Below, piece after piece: positions 52,695-63,280 of a DNA stretch of 64,000 nt. The notes under the pieces were generated by a model. That model did no database searches and was not told where the DNA came from. It was given only the letters and a program-made list of their open reading frames with translations. Source of the DNA: Pirellulales bacterium (GTDB lineage: Bacteria > Planctomycetota > Planctomycetia > Pirellulales > JADZDJ01); the NCBI GenBank assembly GCA_963738835.1, contig CAVTYH010000001.1, positions 161,755-225,754 of the forward strand, given 5' to 3'. The position numbers were made by a program, and so were the translations under genes. Within the stretch, counting starts at the first letter, position 1. Every line of letters starts with the position of its first letter.

Positions 52695-54502
52695 CGTTTG
52701 ATTACAAGCGATTTTTCGTCCGAGGCAACGGTCAGCCGATTGCCTGATACCGCCGGCAGTCGCACCGTGACAATCGTTCCTTCATCGCGACGGGTTGAAA
52801 TGGCGATTGATCCACCATGCGCTTCGACAATCGATTTGCAAATCGGCAAGCCAAGACCGTTGCCACCAGCGGTGCGCGATCGTGCTTTGTCCACGCGATA
52901 GAATCGCTCAAACACATGCGGTAATTCGTTCGGCGAAATGCCAACGCCCGTATCGCCAACATTGATCACTGCTTCGTGATTGTCGATTGACGCCTGTAGC
53001 GAGACTTTCCCTCCGTCGACGTTATAAAAGATAGCGTTGCTCAGCAAGTTGGTTACGAGTTGCGCCAGTCGATCGGGATCGCCCTTTACAACTACCGGCT
53101 CACCTTGCACGGTCACACTCAGGTTACGCTGGGCTGCGAGCGGCTCCAGCAAAGCAGCCGAATCCTCCAACAATTGCTTAAGATCAATTTGAACGGAGCG
53201 CAGTTGGAGCTTTCCGGCGTCAGCCCGAGCGAGAACCAGCAAGTCGTCGACCAGCAGCTTCATCCGCCGCGCAGCCCGAAAGCAGGTTTCCAGAGTCTCG
53301 CGGTAGTCCTCTGCGGACCGAGAACGGTTTAGGGCCAGTTCAGTATGCGTGAGCACGACCGACAATGGAGTGCGCAATTCGTGAGAGGCATCAGCCGTAA
53401 ACCGCATTTGCTCGTCGATCGCCGATTGCAACCGATCGAACATGGCATTGAGCACCCGGCCCAGCGCCGCTAACTCGCTGTCGGTGTCGGCAACGTCAAT
53501 TCGCTGACTCAAATTCGTCGCGGAAATGGAAGCGGCGGTTTTACTCATCTTCTCGATGGGTTTCACCGCTTTTCCCGAAAGCCACCATCCGCCGATCAAT
53601 CCAGTTGCAAATACCCCCAAGCCTGTCAAAACCAGCACCAAAAGTAGTCTGCTCAATTCGGCGGTTTCGCGCTCTATCGACCGGCCGACAAGAATTCTAG
53701 TCTGTTCCGGCCCTTCGAGAATCAACTCACGAAAATGTCCTCGCTGCTGGGCTCGAAAATCCATGTCAGGACGCATCGGCAGCCGTATCGGAGGCGGCAG
53801 TTCACTAGGGGTGGCTTCTTCTTTGAGCACATCGCCGTTGGCGGCCCAAATGGTGAAATACGGTCCCTGGCTCTCCTCCGTGAAGCGTTCCACAAACGAT
53901 TGCGGCAAAGTAAGCATGCGCCTGATCTGTTCCGGCGAAATCGGCCGGGGCGGTGGCTGAAGTCGTGGTTGACGATCGTCGCGGGAACCTTGATCGAGAC
54001 CACGATTCGGATCCGGACGCTCCGGATCAGGGCGGAATCCTGGGTCTGAACCACGTAACTGACCCGGGAAGGGTCGAATGTCATCGCGTGGCGGCGGGCG
54101 GTCATCGCCAAATCGTTGATCACGGCGCGATGGCTGATCGTCATTATAGCGTTGCTCGTTAGGCGGCGGCTGTCCATTACGCGTCTGCGGATTTTGAAAT
54201 GGAGGATTCCGAAACAGCGACGGATTGTGTGGAGGCGGATTGTTGATTCCGGGACGCCCATCGAGCGGCGGCAAATTGGCATCGTCTGGCGGCATTCCTC
54301 GGAATCCGTTTTGCAAGATTGGACGTGGAGTGCCCCGCATCGCACCATCCAACGTGCGTGCGGCTGACAAAAGTTCGACATCAATCTCGTCGTACCGAGC
54401 CTTGCTAATTTCCAGATACAAGACCGTACCAAACCCTGCTACCGCCAGTAGCAAGATGAGTGCGTGCCACGCTTGTAGCCGCCAGCGGAGCGATTTGAAC
54501 AT
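52691..54502 (-). CDS. HAMP sensor histidine kinase
   Basis: two TMs, HAMP, FTADASHELRTPL, NLLSNA, DTGVGI, FERFYRVD, GLGL. Confidence 0.95.
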   Translation of the reverse strand: MFKSLRWRLQAWHALILLLAVAGFGTVLYLEISKARYDEIDVELLSAARTLDGAMRGTPRPILQNGFRGMPPDDANLPPLDGRPGINNPPPHNPSLFRNPPFQNPQTRNGQPPPNEQRYNDDQPSRRDQRFGDDRPPPRDDIRPFPGQLRGSDPGFRPDPERPDPNRGLDQGSRDDRQPRLQPPPRPISPEQIRRMLTLPQSFVERFTEESQGPYFTIWAANGDVLKEEATPSELPPPIRLPMRPDMDFRAQQRGHFRELILEGPEQTRILVGRSIERETAELSRLLLVLVLTGLGVFATGLIGGWWLSGKAVKPIEKMSKTAASISATNLSQRIDVADTDSELAALGRVLNAMFDRLQSAIDEQMRFTADASHELRTPLSVVLTHTELALNRSRSAEDYRETLETCFRAARRMKLLVDDLLVLARADAGKLQLRSVQIDLKQLLEDSAALLEPLAAQRNLSVTVQGEPVVVKGDPDRLAQLVTNLLSNAIFYNVDGGKVSLQASIDNHEAVINVGDTGVGISPNELPHVFERFYRVDKARSRTAGGNGLGLPICKSIVEAHGGSIAISTRRDEGTIVTVRLPAVSGNRLTVASDEKSLVIKR

Positions 54503-54566
54503 TGAATATGTGTCTGAGTGTCTGATGTTTGATATTTGGCTGGTGTGTGCCTTGAGCTTCAGATAT

Positions 54567-55241
54567 TTAGACACCGGAATTCGAACATTCCAGGCCAATC
54601 AGATATCCTTGCCCGCGGCGCGTCACGATGAAATCCTTGCCGAGCTTCTTGCGTATGTTCGAGACATGCACGTCGGTCAGGTTCGATAGTGTATCGTCGT
54701 TCTCGTCGAACAGATGGTCGTAGATCATCGAACGCGAAACTAATTCGCCGCGGTGCATTGCCAGCAGTTCGACCAAGGCATACTCACTAGCGGTCAATGC
54801 AACTAGCTGGCCGGTTTTGGTGATCGTACGCGCGACTGTATCGATCACAACGCCATCAACTTCAATTTTTGGAGATGCCTTGCCCGTGGAGCGTCGAATC
54901 AGGGCTCGTAACCGCGCCAAGAGTTCGCGCACCGCAAACGGCTTGAGCAGATAGTCGTCGGCGCCGGAATCCAGACCACGCACCCGATCGGCCAACGCAT
55001 CGCGGGCTGTAAGAATCAGCACCGGCGTCAATTTTGATTTCCGCAACTCTTCGAGCACCTGCCAGCCGTCTTTGCCGGGCAACATTAGATCGAGCAAGAT
55101 GGCATCATATTCCCAACTCGTCGCCTTGAACAAGCCGTCATTGCCGTCAGCTGCAGAGTCCACCGCGTAGCCTTCTTCACGCAGCGAACGGACAATAGCT
55201 CGCTGCAAATCCGGCTCGTCTTCAACAACTAGCACCCGCAC
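54567..55241 (-). CDS. OmpR-family response regulator
   Basis: VLVVEDE, LLDLMLP, LTARD, ADDYLLKPF, wHTH TRRGQGY. Confidence 0.95.
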   Translation of the reverse strand: MRVLVVEDEPDLQRAIVRSLREEGYAVDSAADGNDGLFKATSWEYDAILLDLMLPGKDGWQVLEELRKSKLTPVLILTARDALADRVRGLDSGADDYLLKPFAVRELLARLRALIRRSTGKASPKIEVDGVVIDTVARTITKTGQLVALTASEYALVELLAMHRGELVSRSMIYDHLFDENDDTLSNLTDVHVSNIRKKLGKDFIVTRRGQGYLIGLECSNSGV

Positions 55242-55679
55242 GTGTGCCTCAAAGTAGAAATTTGAAAACAAAACCACGAGGGACACAGGAAGTCGCGACG
55301 GATCGCCAATTTAAGTCGCGTGCTCGCTGTGGTCCCCCGTGGCCGTATCAATTGGGTGTTTGATGCAGTATACCTTCGCTCCAGGTGGAAAGGGAGTTAC
55401 GCTGCGGTGGTAAAACCGATTGGATCAGACGCCAAAGCCTGGTCAACAACCCTTGGATTCCAGCTCAGCATTCGGTTGACCGCGTCAACCATCCCTGACA
55501 CACCGCGTGGATCGGTAGTGCTTTCAGCTGCCGGCTTCAAAATCTGGCTACCAGGCAGTGGGGCAGCGGAATTCGCAAGCGAATTCGACTTCCCGCTGGG
55601 CGGATTGCACGGAGGAGGTGTCGGAGTTCCAACCGGCAGCGGGGTCACCAATGCTGGCATACCCAATCGATCCCATCAA

Positions 55680-56777
55680 TCAGCGGATCGCCACGGGTAA
55701 TGGTAATTGTGCGGCTAGTGATTGATGTTTGATTCCTGCCTGTCGGCAAAACGGCAATTTGGTACTTGCCGGTTCGCACTCCTTCGGCCACGCCGAAGCG
55801 ATAATTGCCTCGCTTGTTGCATGGGATCCGGAGCGTGCGTCTACCTGATCCGCGCTTTCAGCCGATGCGTGCCGGCTGTGATTGGCATCGCCGTCTGGTC
55901 CGTGTCCTTCCGCACGATCATCGTCTGGTGGCCCGCGTCTCTCGTCCGGCGGTGGTCCCCGCCGGTCGTCATCTTGCGGTGGCCTTCGTCGAGTGCCATC
56001 GAGCGGCGGACCACGGCGATCATCGTCTCGTCCACCAAGCCGAGTGCGACGGTCACCTGGTGCACCAGGTCCTCCACGGAATCTATCAGATCCGCCGGGA
56101 CCAGTGCGGAAGCCATCGGGACCGCCCAATCGATCGGGGCCAACGGCCGGCCCGCGGCCATCGACACGATCGGCTGGACGGCGATCCATTGGGCCGCGGT
56201 CTTCGGGCCTGCGAGTATCTTGACCACGTCGATCATCTGGTCCATCTGGTCCGCGTCGATCATCACGTATTTCCGGCCCTCGGCGCATCACATCTTGAAG
56301 CTGAGCGACTTGGTCCGCTGTTAAGATTGATTTCAGCTTCGAGTGCACGTCTTGCTGCAATTCGTCCAGTTGCTTTTTTTGCTCGTCGCTCAAATTCAAA
56401 TGCTCACGAGCAAACGGTGGAAGCAACATTCCAATTTCCGGTCGTGGCGGTGGACCGGCAGGCTGGTTGCCATCTCGAGCGCCGTCCCGCGGGCCGCGAA
56501 ATCCTTCAGGACCACGATCACGCGGTGGCGGACCGTTGCCTCGATTTGGCGGACCATCGTCTGGCGCTTGCCGATCGTCCGCCCGTGCCCGATTATCGTC
56601 GCGTGTCGGCCTGCGATCGTCCGGCGGCGGTCGGCGGCCATCGCGCGGTGGACCATCGTCTCTGGCGGCCATTTGATCGTCGGTCGCCGGCGTCTCCGCC
56701 GAAGCTCGAAGCCCCACTGCGGCGACTACGGCGAAGCATGCCGCGAGGCTGCACAGTGTCCATTTGCGTGTTGTCAT
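55680..56777 (-). CDS. secreted R/D/P/G-rich protein with a Spy/CpxP-like helical core
   Basis: AGGAG RBS; signal peptide; LNLSDEQKKQL..ILTADQ; DDRRGP repeats; 3' end uncertain. Confidence 0.7.
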   Translation of the reverse strand: MTTRKWTLCSLAACFAVVAAVGLRASAETPATDDQMAARDDGPPRDGRRPPPDDRRPTRDDNRARADDRQAPDDGPPNRGNGPPPRDRGPEGFRGPRDGARDGNQPAGPPPRPEIGMLLPPFAREHLNLSDEQKKQLDELQQDVHSKLKSILTADQVAQLQDVMRRGPEIRDDRRGPDGPDDRRGQDTRRPEDRGPMDRRPADRVDGRGPAVGPDRLGGPDGFRTGPGGSDRFRGGPGAPGDRRTRLGGRDDDRRGPPLDGTRRRPPQDDDRRGPPPDERRGPPDDDRAEGHGPDGDANHSRHASAESADQVDARSGSHATSEAIIASAWPKECEPASTKLPFCRQAGIKHQSLAAQLPLPVAIR

Positions 56778-57063
56778 CGTCTGCTCCTTAAAAAGATGGG
56801 CTACAAAATCGTTATCGCCATTGTGACGGGTCTCGCAGCAAAAAAGACCGTGTAAACGCACTCCCAACCACCCGTCGTTGCCTGCCGACATCCAATAATA
56901 TAAGGGTTGAAACCTTAAGCCATCGTGAAGAACCGATGGTGTCAAAATATTATCAAGAGGCGAATTATTTCGCCGATCGGGTAGTTTAATAGCAACTCCT
57001 CAGACGGGATTTGCCCGTTTCAAGGCTGAAAAGTCGGTTTCCGTTCCGATAGAATCAAACGCT

Positions 57064-57486
57064 ATGAGAACGTTCACCAAAGAAATCTGGATGCTCGTAC
57101 CCGAACGCCGGGCAATCGTTTCCGTTCACGACGAAGTAGAACGGCTCGTCGCAGAGAGTGGCGTTCAAGACGGCCTCGTACTTGTGAACGCCATGCACAT
57201 CACGGCCTCGGTGTTCATCAATGACAATGAAACCGGGTTGCATCATGATTACGAGGTGTGGCTAGAACAACTTGCACCATTCAACCCGTCGGCAAAGAAA
57301 TATCAGCACAATGCCACCGGCGAAGACAACGCCGATGCCCATTTGAAACGCCAAGTGATGGGCCGCGAAGTGGTAGTGGCAATCACAGACGGCAAGCTGC
57401 ATCTGGGACCGTGGGAGCACATCTTTTACTACGAGTTCGACGGCCGCCGCAGAAAACGCATTCTGGTCAAGATTATCGGAGAATAG
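57064..57486 (+). CDS. yjbQ: YjbQ (UPF0047) family protein
   Basis: [30 protein letters not shown]. Confidence 0.92.
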   Translation: MRTFTKEIWMLVPERRAIVSVHDEVERLVAESGVQDGLVLVNAMHITASVFINDNETGLHHDYEVWLEQLAPFNPSAKKYQHNATGEDNADAHLKRQVMGREVVVAITDGKLHLGPWEHIFYYEFDGRRRKRILVKIIGE

Positions 57487-57562
57487 ATGGGCCGATAATT
57501 CGACGTGCGAACATTATTAATATGCTCGTCCGATGAGTGCCGAATTGGGCTAGCGCGAACTG

Positions 57563-58456
57563 CTAACGTCGCAATTGCTGTTGGTTGGACTGCTGCATTC
57601 TACTAACAGTCGGTGGGACGTCGGGCAGTAGAACTTCTCCGGCGATTTCATGTCGCCACATTGGGCGACCGCTTCGCTTGTCGCTGGCTTCCAAGGTGCG
57701 GCGGATAATTTGAATTCCGCCGGGCACGTTTTCGGTACGCTCGCTCACGCGCAGCCGTCGGTCGCCGACGTCGGTGAACTGTGCGAGTCGATTTTGTTTG
57801 AGTGGCTTGGGCACATCGTCCACCGTGACAGTTGCGCGACCGCTGTCCAGATCAACACGCGCCACTCCGGTGCCGGTTTTCTTCGCGGCGGCCATGATTT
57901 CGGGCGTGACTTTCGGGCCTGGCTGGATGAACTGGCGATATGCTTCCCAGCGCAGCACGAGCTGGCCATCTTCAATCGATGGTGCGGCAGCGAACGTCAG
58001 ACCGATGCCGCCATCGATGGCGATCCAATCGGGGAACACCGCCGGCTCCGACTGCGACCGGACTTTGCCGCTGGTCGTATCGAACACAATGATGTTCATT
58101 ACGTTGGGTTGCTGTGCATGCGGCCCTTGCGCGACAAGCCGGTTGCCATCAAGCGCCACCGGACGTACGGCTGCTTTGCTATCCCACACGGTTTGACCAT
58201 TGGTCATGTCAAGGGCTTCGATCATGTCGCCCGATCCAGCGATGTAGGCAGTTTTTCCCGCGGAATCGGCCACGCCGCCGGGGATGATGGCCCAGTCGAC
58301 CGAGCTAAGTTTCGCAGGCTCACCATCTTCGGCGCGGGCCGTTGGAGTGCAAAGCAGCACCAGCAAAGCAGATGCAGCCGAAAAACTCAGCCCGCCCAAA
58401 CGTGAAACCATCCAGCGAATAAACACAGCGACACCCTCCATGATAGTCGAACGCAA
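57563..58456 (-). CDS. secreted PQQ-like beta-propeller-fragment protein
   Basis: signal peptide; ALD..G..VW and D..SG..W motifs. Confidence 0.65.
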   Translation of the reverse strand: MRSTIMEGVAVFIRWMVSRLGGLSFSAASALLVLLCTPTARAEDGEPAKLSSVDWAIIPGGVADSAGKTAYIAGSGDMIEALDMTNGQTVWDSKAAVRPVALDGNRLVAQGPHAQQPNVMNIIVFDTTSGKVRSQSEPAVFPDWIAIDGGIGLTFAAAPSIEDGQLVLRWEAYRQFIQPGPKVTPEIMAAAKKTGTGVARVDLDSGRATVTVDDVPKPLKQNRLAQFTDVGDRRLRVSERTENVPGGIQIIRRTLEASDKRSGRPMWRHEIAGEVLLPDVPPTVSRMQQSNQQQLRR

Positions 58457-58460
58457 CTGC

Positions 58461-58496
58461 GGAAAGAAGTTCGACAGGGCGGCCCACCCTGTCGAA
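58461..58496 (-). terminator. terminator-like hairpin after the EPS cluster
   Basis: TTCGACAGGG/CCCTGTCGAA 10-bp stem, then CTTCTTT on the minus strand. Confidence 0.55.
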
Positions 58497-58571
58497 GGGG
58501 CCGCAATTTTAGCGGTTTAGGCCGGATCGCCAAAGATCAGGTTTATCGCAAGAATGCGAGTGTTTCAGCGG

Positions 58572-59387
58572 TTAGCCAGCAATGCATTCGCGCCACAGCA
58601 ATTGCGGGAAAATCCAGGCATCGCGGAGGTAGCGTTTTGCCAGGCGACGGGGTTCGCTTGCTAACCGATGCAGCCATTCTAGGCCGACACGCTGCATCCA
58701 CACTGGTGCCCGCGTTTTTTCGCCGGCGAGGAAATCGATGGTCGCGCCGACGCATAGTGCCACCGATGCGGCAATTCGATCGCGGTTGGCGCTAACCCAC
58801 AATTCTTGTTTCGGCGCGCCCAGCCCCACGACGAGTACATCGGGCTTGGCCGCAGCGATGTGCATCAGAATACGATCGTTTTCGCAATCATCTTTTTCGA
58901 ATCCAATTGGCGGACTGTACGTGTCGACAATCTGAACAGCCGGCCAACGCTCGGCAATGCTCTTCGCGGCACGATCGGCAACGCCGGGTGCTGCTCCGAG
59001 CAGAAACACACGCAGTTGAGAAATTTGCTGGTTCTGTATTAGAGTGCCACTGGCCCTGCCAGTGCTTCCCGGCATGATGCTTGCGTGCGAATTGAACATC
59101 TCAAAAAATGCCGGCACTAAATCGCTGCCAGCCACGCGCTCGGGGATGCCAAGCCGCAGCAATCGTGACGCAACCAGCACCGGGAAGCCGTCGGCAAGCA
59201 CCATGCTGGCATCGGCATAGGCCTGCCGTAATCCGGCGTGCTCTTAATACATCACAGCATGATCAAGATTCGGCGTGACAACATATCGGCATTGCCCGTC
59301 GGGGCGATGCACCCAATCGAGCAGCCGCTCAATTGCCTGCGGCATCCGCACAGCGTCGATCTGCATGCCGAACAATTGAACCGTCAT
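58572..59387 (-). pseudogene. WecB/TagA/CpsF glycosyltransferase with an in-frame TAA at 59244-59246
   Basis: VVTPNLDH upstream of the stop; ADG, RVAGSDL, GLGAPKQE and GLEWLHRL..EPRRL downstream; ATGA overlap with the preceding gene. Confidence 0.8.
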
Positions 59388-60607
59388 TGAATCTCCCCGC
59401 GTCTTTGCGTCTTTGGAGTTCGATCGTCATTCAAAACCATTCGATACACGTCCGCCACGCCTTCGGCCATTTTCCGATCGGAAAACCGCACTTGATGGCT
59501 CGCGATAGCATTGCGTCGCAGCATCTGCCAGTTGTGGCTACCTTCGATCACCGAAGTGATGCTGTCCGCCAGCTTTTTCGGGTTGCCGGGTTCGACGAGC
59601 AAGCCCTCATGGCCGTGGTGGATGCAATCGGCGATGCCATCAACGCGGCTGCCGATCGACGGCACTCCGGCCGACATGGCTTCTAGCACTGCCATTGGCA
59701 TGCCTTCGGCCAACACGCTGGGCAGAATCATCAAATCGATGGCGTCCAGCTCGGCATCAATGTTTTTTTGAAAGCCGCGCCACTCGATCAGCTTGCCAAT
59801 GCTCAATTCATCCGCCAGCCGTCGCGCTTGCTCCTGGTAGTCGTTCGTTTCAAATCCGCCGATTAGCCGCAGCCGTACCGGCAAACCACGACGATGCAGA
59901 AGCGCAAGCGCTTCGAGCAGAATCTCCAAACCTTTTCGCGGTCGGAACAGGGCTACGCTGCCAAGTGTCCACGATTCGTGAGGCGTCGGCCGATCTTGAT
60001 GTTCCGTTCGTCCCGGCACTCCGTTGGGCACCAAATGCACGCGGCTTTCGTCTACTCCCCAAGTATGAAGGTACCGTGCCGCCGTCGGCGAAACGACGAT
60101 CACCGCCGCGGCATGGTAAAGGCTGAACGATTCGGACTTCGTTGCGAACCAAGTTCGCCAACCGCTATTTATTTCCGTGGCAGTGTGGCCGTGTACATGA
60201 TGCACCAACGGCACCCCGGTGAGCCGTGCAGCAATCTGACCGACCAGCGCAGCACGGGGTGTGTGTGTGTGAATCAGATTGATTTGCGTCTCTCGCACCA
60301 GGCGGGCCAGTCGCCAAGCGGCGCGCAGATCGAATCGCCAGCGCATCGGCACTTTGGCCAGCGGCGTCAGTTGCGATCGCCGCATTTCCGGAAATCGGTT
60401 GGGCTTGACGCAGGCGAAGCCAACTTCGACGCCGAATTCCGGCAACCGAATGGCGAGCAAATCTTGCACGCGCTCGGCCCCGGCATAATGCTCGCCGTTG
60501 ACGACTTGCAGCACACGAATTGCGGTTGCAGGATTCGTGATTGGCTCGCCGCGCAGATAGTCTCGATTTCCAATCCGCGGCGTGAGCAGCAGCGATTCTT
60601 CCGGCAT
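59384..60607 (-). CDS. glycosyltransferase family 4
   Basis: GAER, HTH, RKGL, LPS..EGMP..LEAM. Confidence 0.9.
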   Translation of the reverse strand: MPEESLLLTPRIGNRDYLRGEPITNPATAIRVLQVVNGEHYAGAERVQDLLAIRLPEFGVEVGFACVKPNRFPEMRRSQLTPLAKVPMRWRFDLRAAWRLARLVRETQINLIHTHTPRAALVGQIAARLTGVPLVHHVHGHTATEINSGWRTWFATKSESFSLYHAAAVIVVSPTAARYLHTWGVDESRVHLVPNGVPGRTEHQDRPTPHESWTLGSVALFRPRKGLEILLEALALLHRRGLPVRLRLIGGFETNDYQEQARRLADELSIGKLIEWRGFQKNIDAELDAIDLMILPSVLAEGMPMAVLEAMSAGVPSIGSRVDGIADCIHHGHEGLLVEPGNPKKLADSITSVIEGSHNWQMLRRNAIASHQVRFSDRKMAEGVADVYRMVLNDDRTPKTQRRGEIQ

Positions 60608-60776
60608 AGTAATTCGCTTGGAATGATCGCGGACGAATACCCGCGAGGATTTGCAAATGCGGAACGACAGCACAACCGATTCGCTCTCAACAACGCTACG
60701 TCACAAATACGGCTGATGCGGCGGAGAATCGCAGTGCAATCGCTACCGCTAAACCGCTAGCGGATTGAAACCGCCG

Positions 60777-61592
60777 TCAATAAGCACCTTTGCACGTGAT
60801 GACAGTTAGCGGTGTGCGCACCAACAGCTTGATGTCGGTCCAGAGCGTTTGATTGCGGATGTACCAAATGTCGAGCCGCACCCAATCTTCGAAGCCGATG
60901 TCGCTGCGGCCGCTGACTTGCCATAAGCACGTCAGGCCCGGCTTGACGGCCAGACGGCGGCGTTGCCACGGCTGGTACTTGGCCACTTCCCTGGGCACCG
61001 GCGGCCGGGGACCGACCAGGGCCATGTCGCCTAGTAGCACATTCAACAGTTGCGGCATTTCGTCGATGCTCGTTTTTCGCAGCCAGCGACCTAAACGGGT
61101 GACTCGTGGATCGCAGCGGCTTTTGAAGATCGGCCCATCTTTTTCATTCTGCACCAAATACTGCAATTTGTCGGCATTGAGCCGCATCGTGCGAAACTTG
61201 AACATGAGAAATCGCCGGCCGCAGTGTCCCACCCGCTCTTGCGAAAAGAGCGGATTGCCCCGCGTGGTGATCGTGAGAATTATTAGAACCGTCAGCAGAA
61301 TTGGGGACAGAAGAACGAGGAATGTCAGCGCGCCGATGATGTCCATCGCCCGTTTGACGGCCTGATATTCTGTCGAACGATTCCCATCGGCCCAAATCAT
61401 CGGCTGTGGAAAAATCGCTGCGGGCACCACGGATCTTCGTACCCGTGGTGCAACGATCCGGTGTGAAATTGTTCGAGGCGGCGAGAAAGAGCTGCCGGGC
61501 GTTAGCACTCCAGCGGTGCCTGCATCGTCGGCCCAGAGTCGATGGATCGCGGGTCGGCATTTCGAGAGCGATCGGCTCAATCGTTTTAACAT
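60777..61592 (-). CDS. priming sugar transferase (polyprenyl-phosphate glycosyl-1-phosphate transferase); start uncertain
   Basis: KRAMDI, KFRTM, DPRVT..G..LRKTSIDEMPQ..GDM.LVGPRP, KPGLT. Confidence 0.93.
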   Translation of the reverse strand: MLKRLSRSLSKCRPAIHRLWADDAGTAGVLTPGSSFSPPRTISHRIVAPRVRRSVVPAAIFPQPMIWADGNRSTEYQAVKRAMDIIGALTFLVLLSPILLTVLIILTITTRGNPLFSQERVGHCGRRFLMFKFRTMRLNADKLQYLVQNEKDGPIFKSRCDPRVTRLGRWLRKTSIDEMPQLLNVLLGDMALVGPRPPVPREVAKYQPWQRRRLAVKPGLTCLWQVSGRSDIGFEDWVRLDIWYIRNQTLWTDIKLLVRTPLTVITCKGAY

Positions 61593-61777
61593 TCGAGTTC
61601 CTGATTCTCGTCATGAGTTTCGTGGAAGGGGGTTGCCATGAAGAAAAGCAAGGCCCATGCCTGCGACGAAAAGCATGTAAGCTGCCACCGTAAGTACCCA
61701 GACTCCAATCGCTTGCGGCTTTGTGGCCTGTGCCGTAGACCAATTCTGCGTGTCGTTGACGCCACACGTTGTTGCAA

Positions 61778-63185
61778 TCAGGCAACCGCGTGTTGCCGTC
61801 GCTCAACGTCGGCGGATTCGCCATTCGGCGAGGAGGATTCACGCTCTATTGACAAGCGATTGGTACATGCCGCCAACCCAGAAACAGTGCCCGCCATGAA
61901 GAATAGCAGCAGGTTGACGCCGTCGATGATATTCGTGTCCTGAAACATCGCGTTGGGAAAGTACGCTCCGATCAGCGTTAGCAGCAGCAATCCGGCCTGA
62001 CGCACCGCCAACGGTGGCGCGTTGCCCTCCAGACGCGCCAACCATTTCGAATCCAAAGTGCAATGAGTAGTACAAACAGTCCCATGCCAATCAAACCGGT
62101 CTCCACCAAGAGCGCCAGAAAAGCATTGTGTTGTACATAGGGCAGTGCTTTTTCCAGCGGCAGCTCACTGGATCGGTCGGCTAGGTACGGCAATCGCTCG
62201 CGATCGTATTGCCCGAGGCCACATCCTTGCAGCGGTCGATCCTGGAACATGTCCCAAGCAATTTTTGCCAAGATGGGTCGCAACTCAGCCGAATCGGCCG
62301 AAGCCGACGCTTCCAATTTTACGTCGCGTTTCAAATTCCACACGCTATCCCATGCAACCGCCAACACCACGACGCCCGCCAAGCCGCCGCAACCAAGCAG
62401 CAAATTGCGCCACTGGCGCGGCACACTAAGCCCAACAAAGATCGCCAGCCCGAGACCGCCTCCCATCCAGGCGCAGCGAGTAAGCGTGGCATAAATTCCG
62501 GCGACCGACAGGGCGGTGAAACCGAGCAACAGCAACTGCCCGTAGCGTCCCAGCCGTGGCCAAAACGTGAGCGTCGCAGCCAGGCAAATCGTAAGATAGA
62601 TGCCCATTTCGGCTGGGTGCAAAAAAGGCCCGCGGGCGCGTCCAAAGTATTCGGTTGTCGGCGCGGCAATGTACTGCGGAAAGACGGCCCACCACTGCCG
62701 AGTTAGCTCGGCCACAGCAGTGAAACCAAGATAAACACCAAACACGGTCAGCGTGCCAAACGTCCAGCGCATGGTACGCTCGTCGAGCGGCGATTGCGCG
62801 CGATCCAATACACTGCCGCAGGCATCATCCAATAAAACAACAATCGGGCCACCGGCTGATTGTTGTGATCGTGCCAATCGTGCGTAAATGTGCTGAGTGC
62901 AAGCAGGCCAAGAAACGCAATCAACACCCATTCCGCCGCCCCCAGTGGCTTAGGATCTGCTATGGCCCAGCGGCGATGCACCATATAGGCAACTGCCACG
63001 AGCGCGATGAGTGCCCTATCGCTGGTCAGCGGAATTGGGGCTCCTTCGAGATGCCAGAACTGATAGCCGAAGCATGCGCCGGCGACGATTGCTGCCAGGC
63101 AACCGCCAATCAGAGAACCGCGCAGCACAAACCAGCTGGTCCAAACCAGCGCGACCGCGGCGGCGATGAGCAGCAGAAAATCCAT
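61778..63185 (-). CDS. O-antigen ligase/Wzy-like membrane protein, two frameshifts (near 62780 and 62020)
   Basis: many TMs; RARGPF, T.TR, HNAFL..LVETGLIG. Confidence 0.85.
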
Positions 63186-63212
63186 TGTATCTCGCAAATA
63201 GCTCGCACCTTT

Positions 63213-63268
63213 GGGTGCCACTGGTTTTGCCAGTGAATATCACCACTGGCCAAAAGACTGGCAGTGCA
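63213..63268. repeat. GTGCCACTGG..GCCAGTG palindromic repeat
   Basis: 18/21 match to the in-gene copy at 59044-59064. Confidence 0.7.
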
Positions 63269-63280
63269 AGCTGGCGAAGA

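Noticed and set aside
55397-55666. 89-aa Pro-rich ORF
   Set aside because: It could be a frameshifted tail of the 55680-56777 gene or spurious; this cannot be decided from the sequence.
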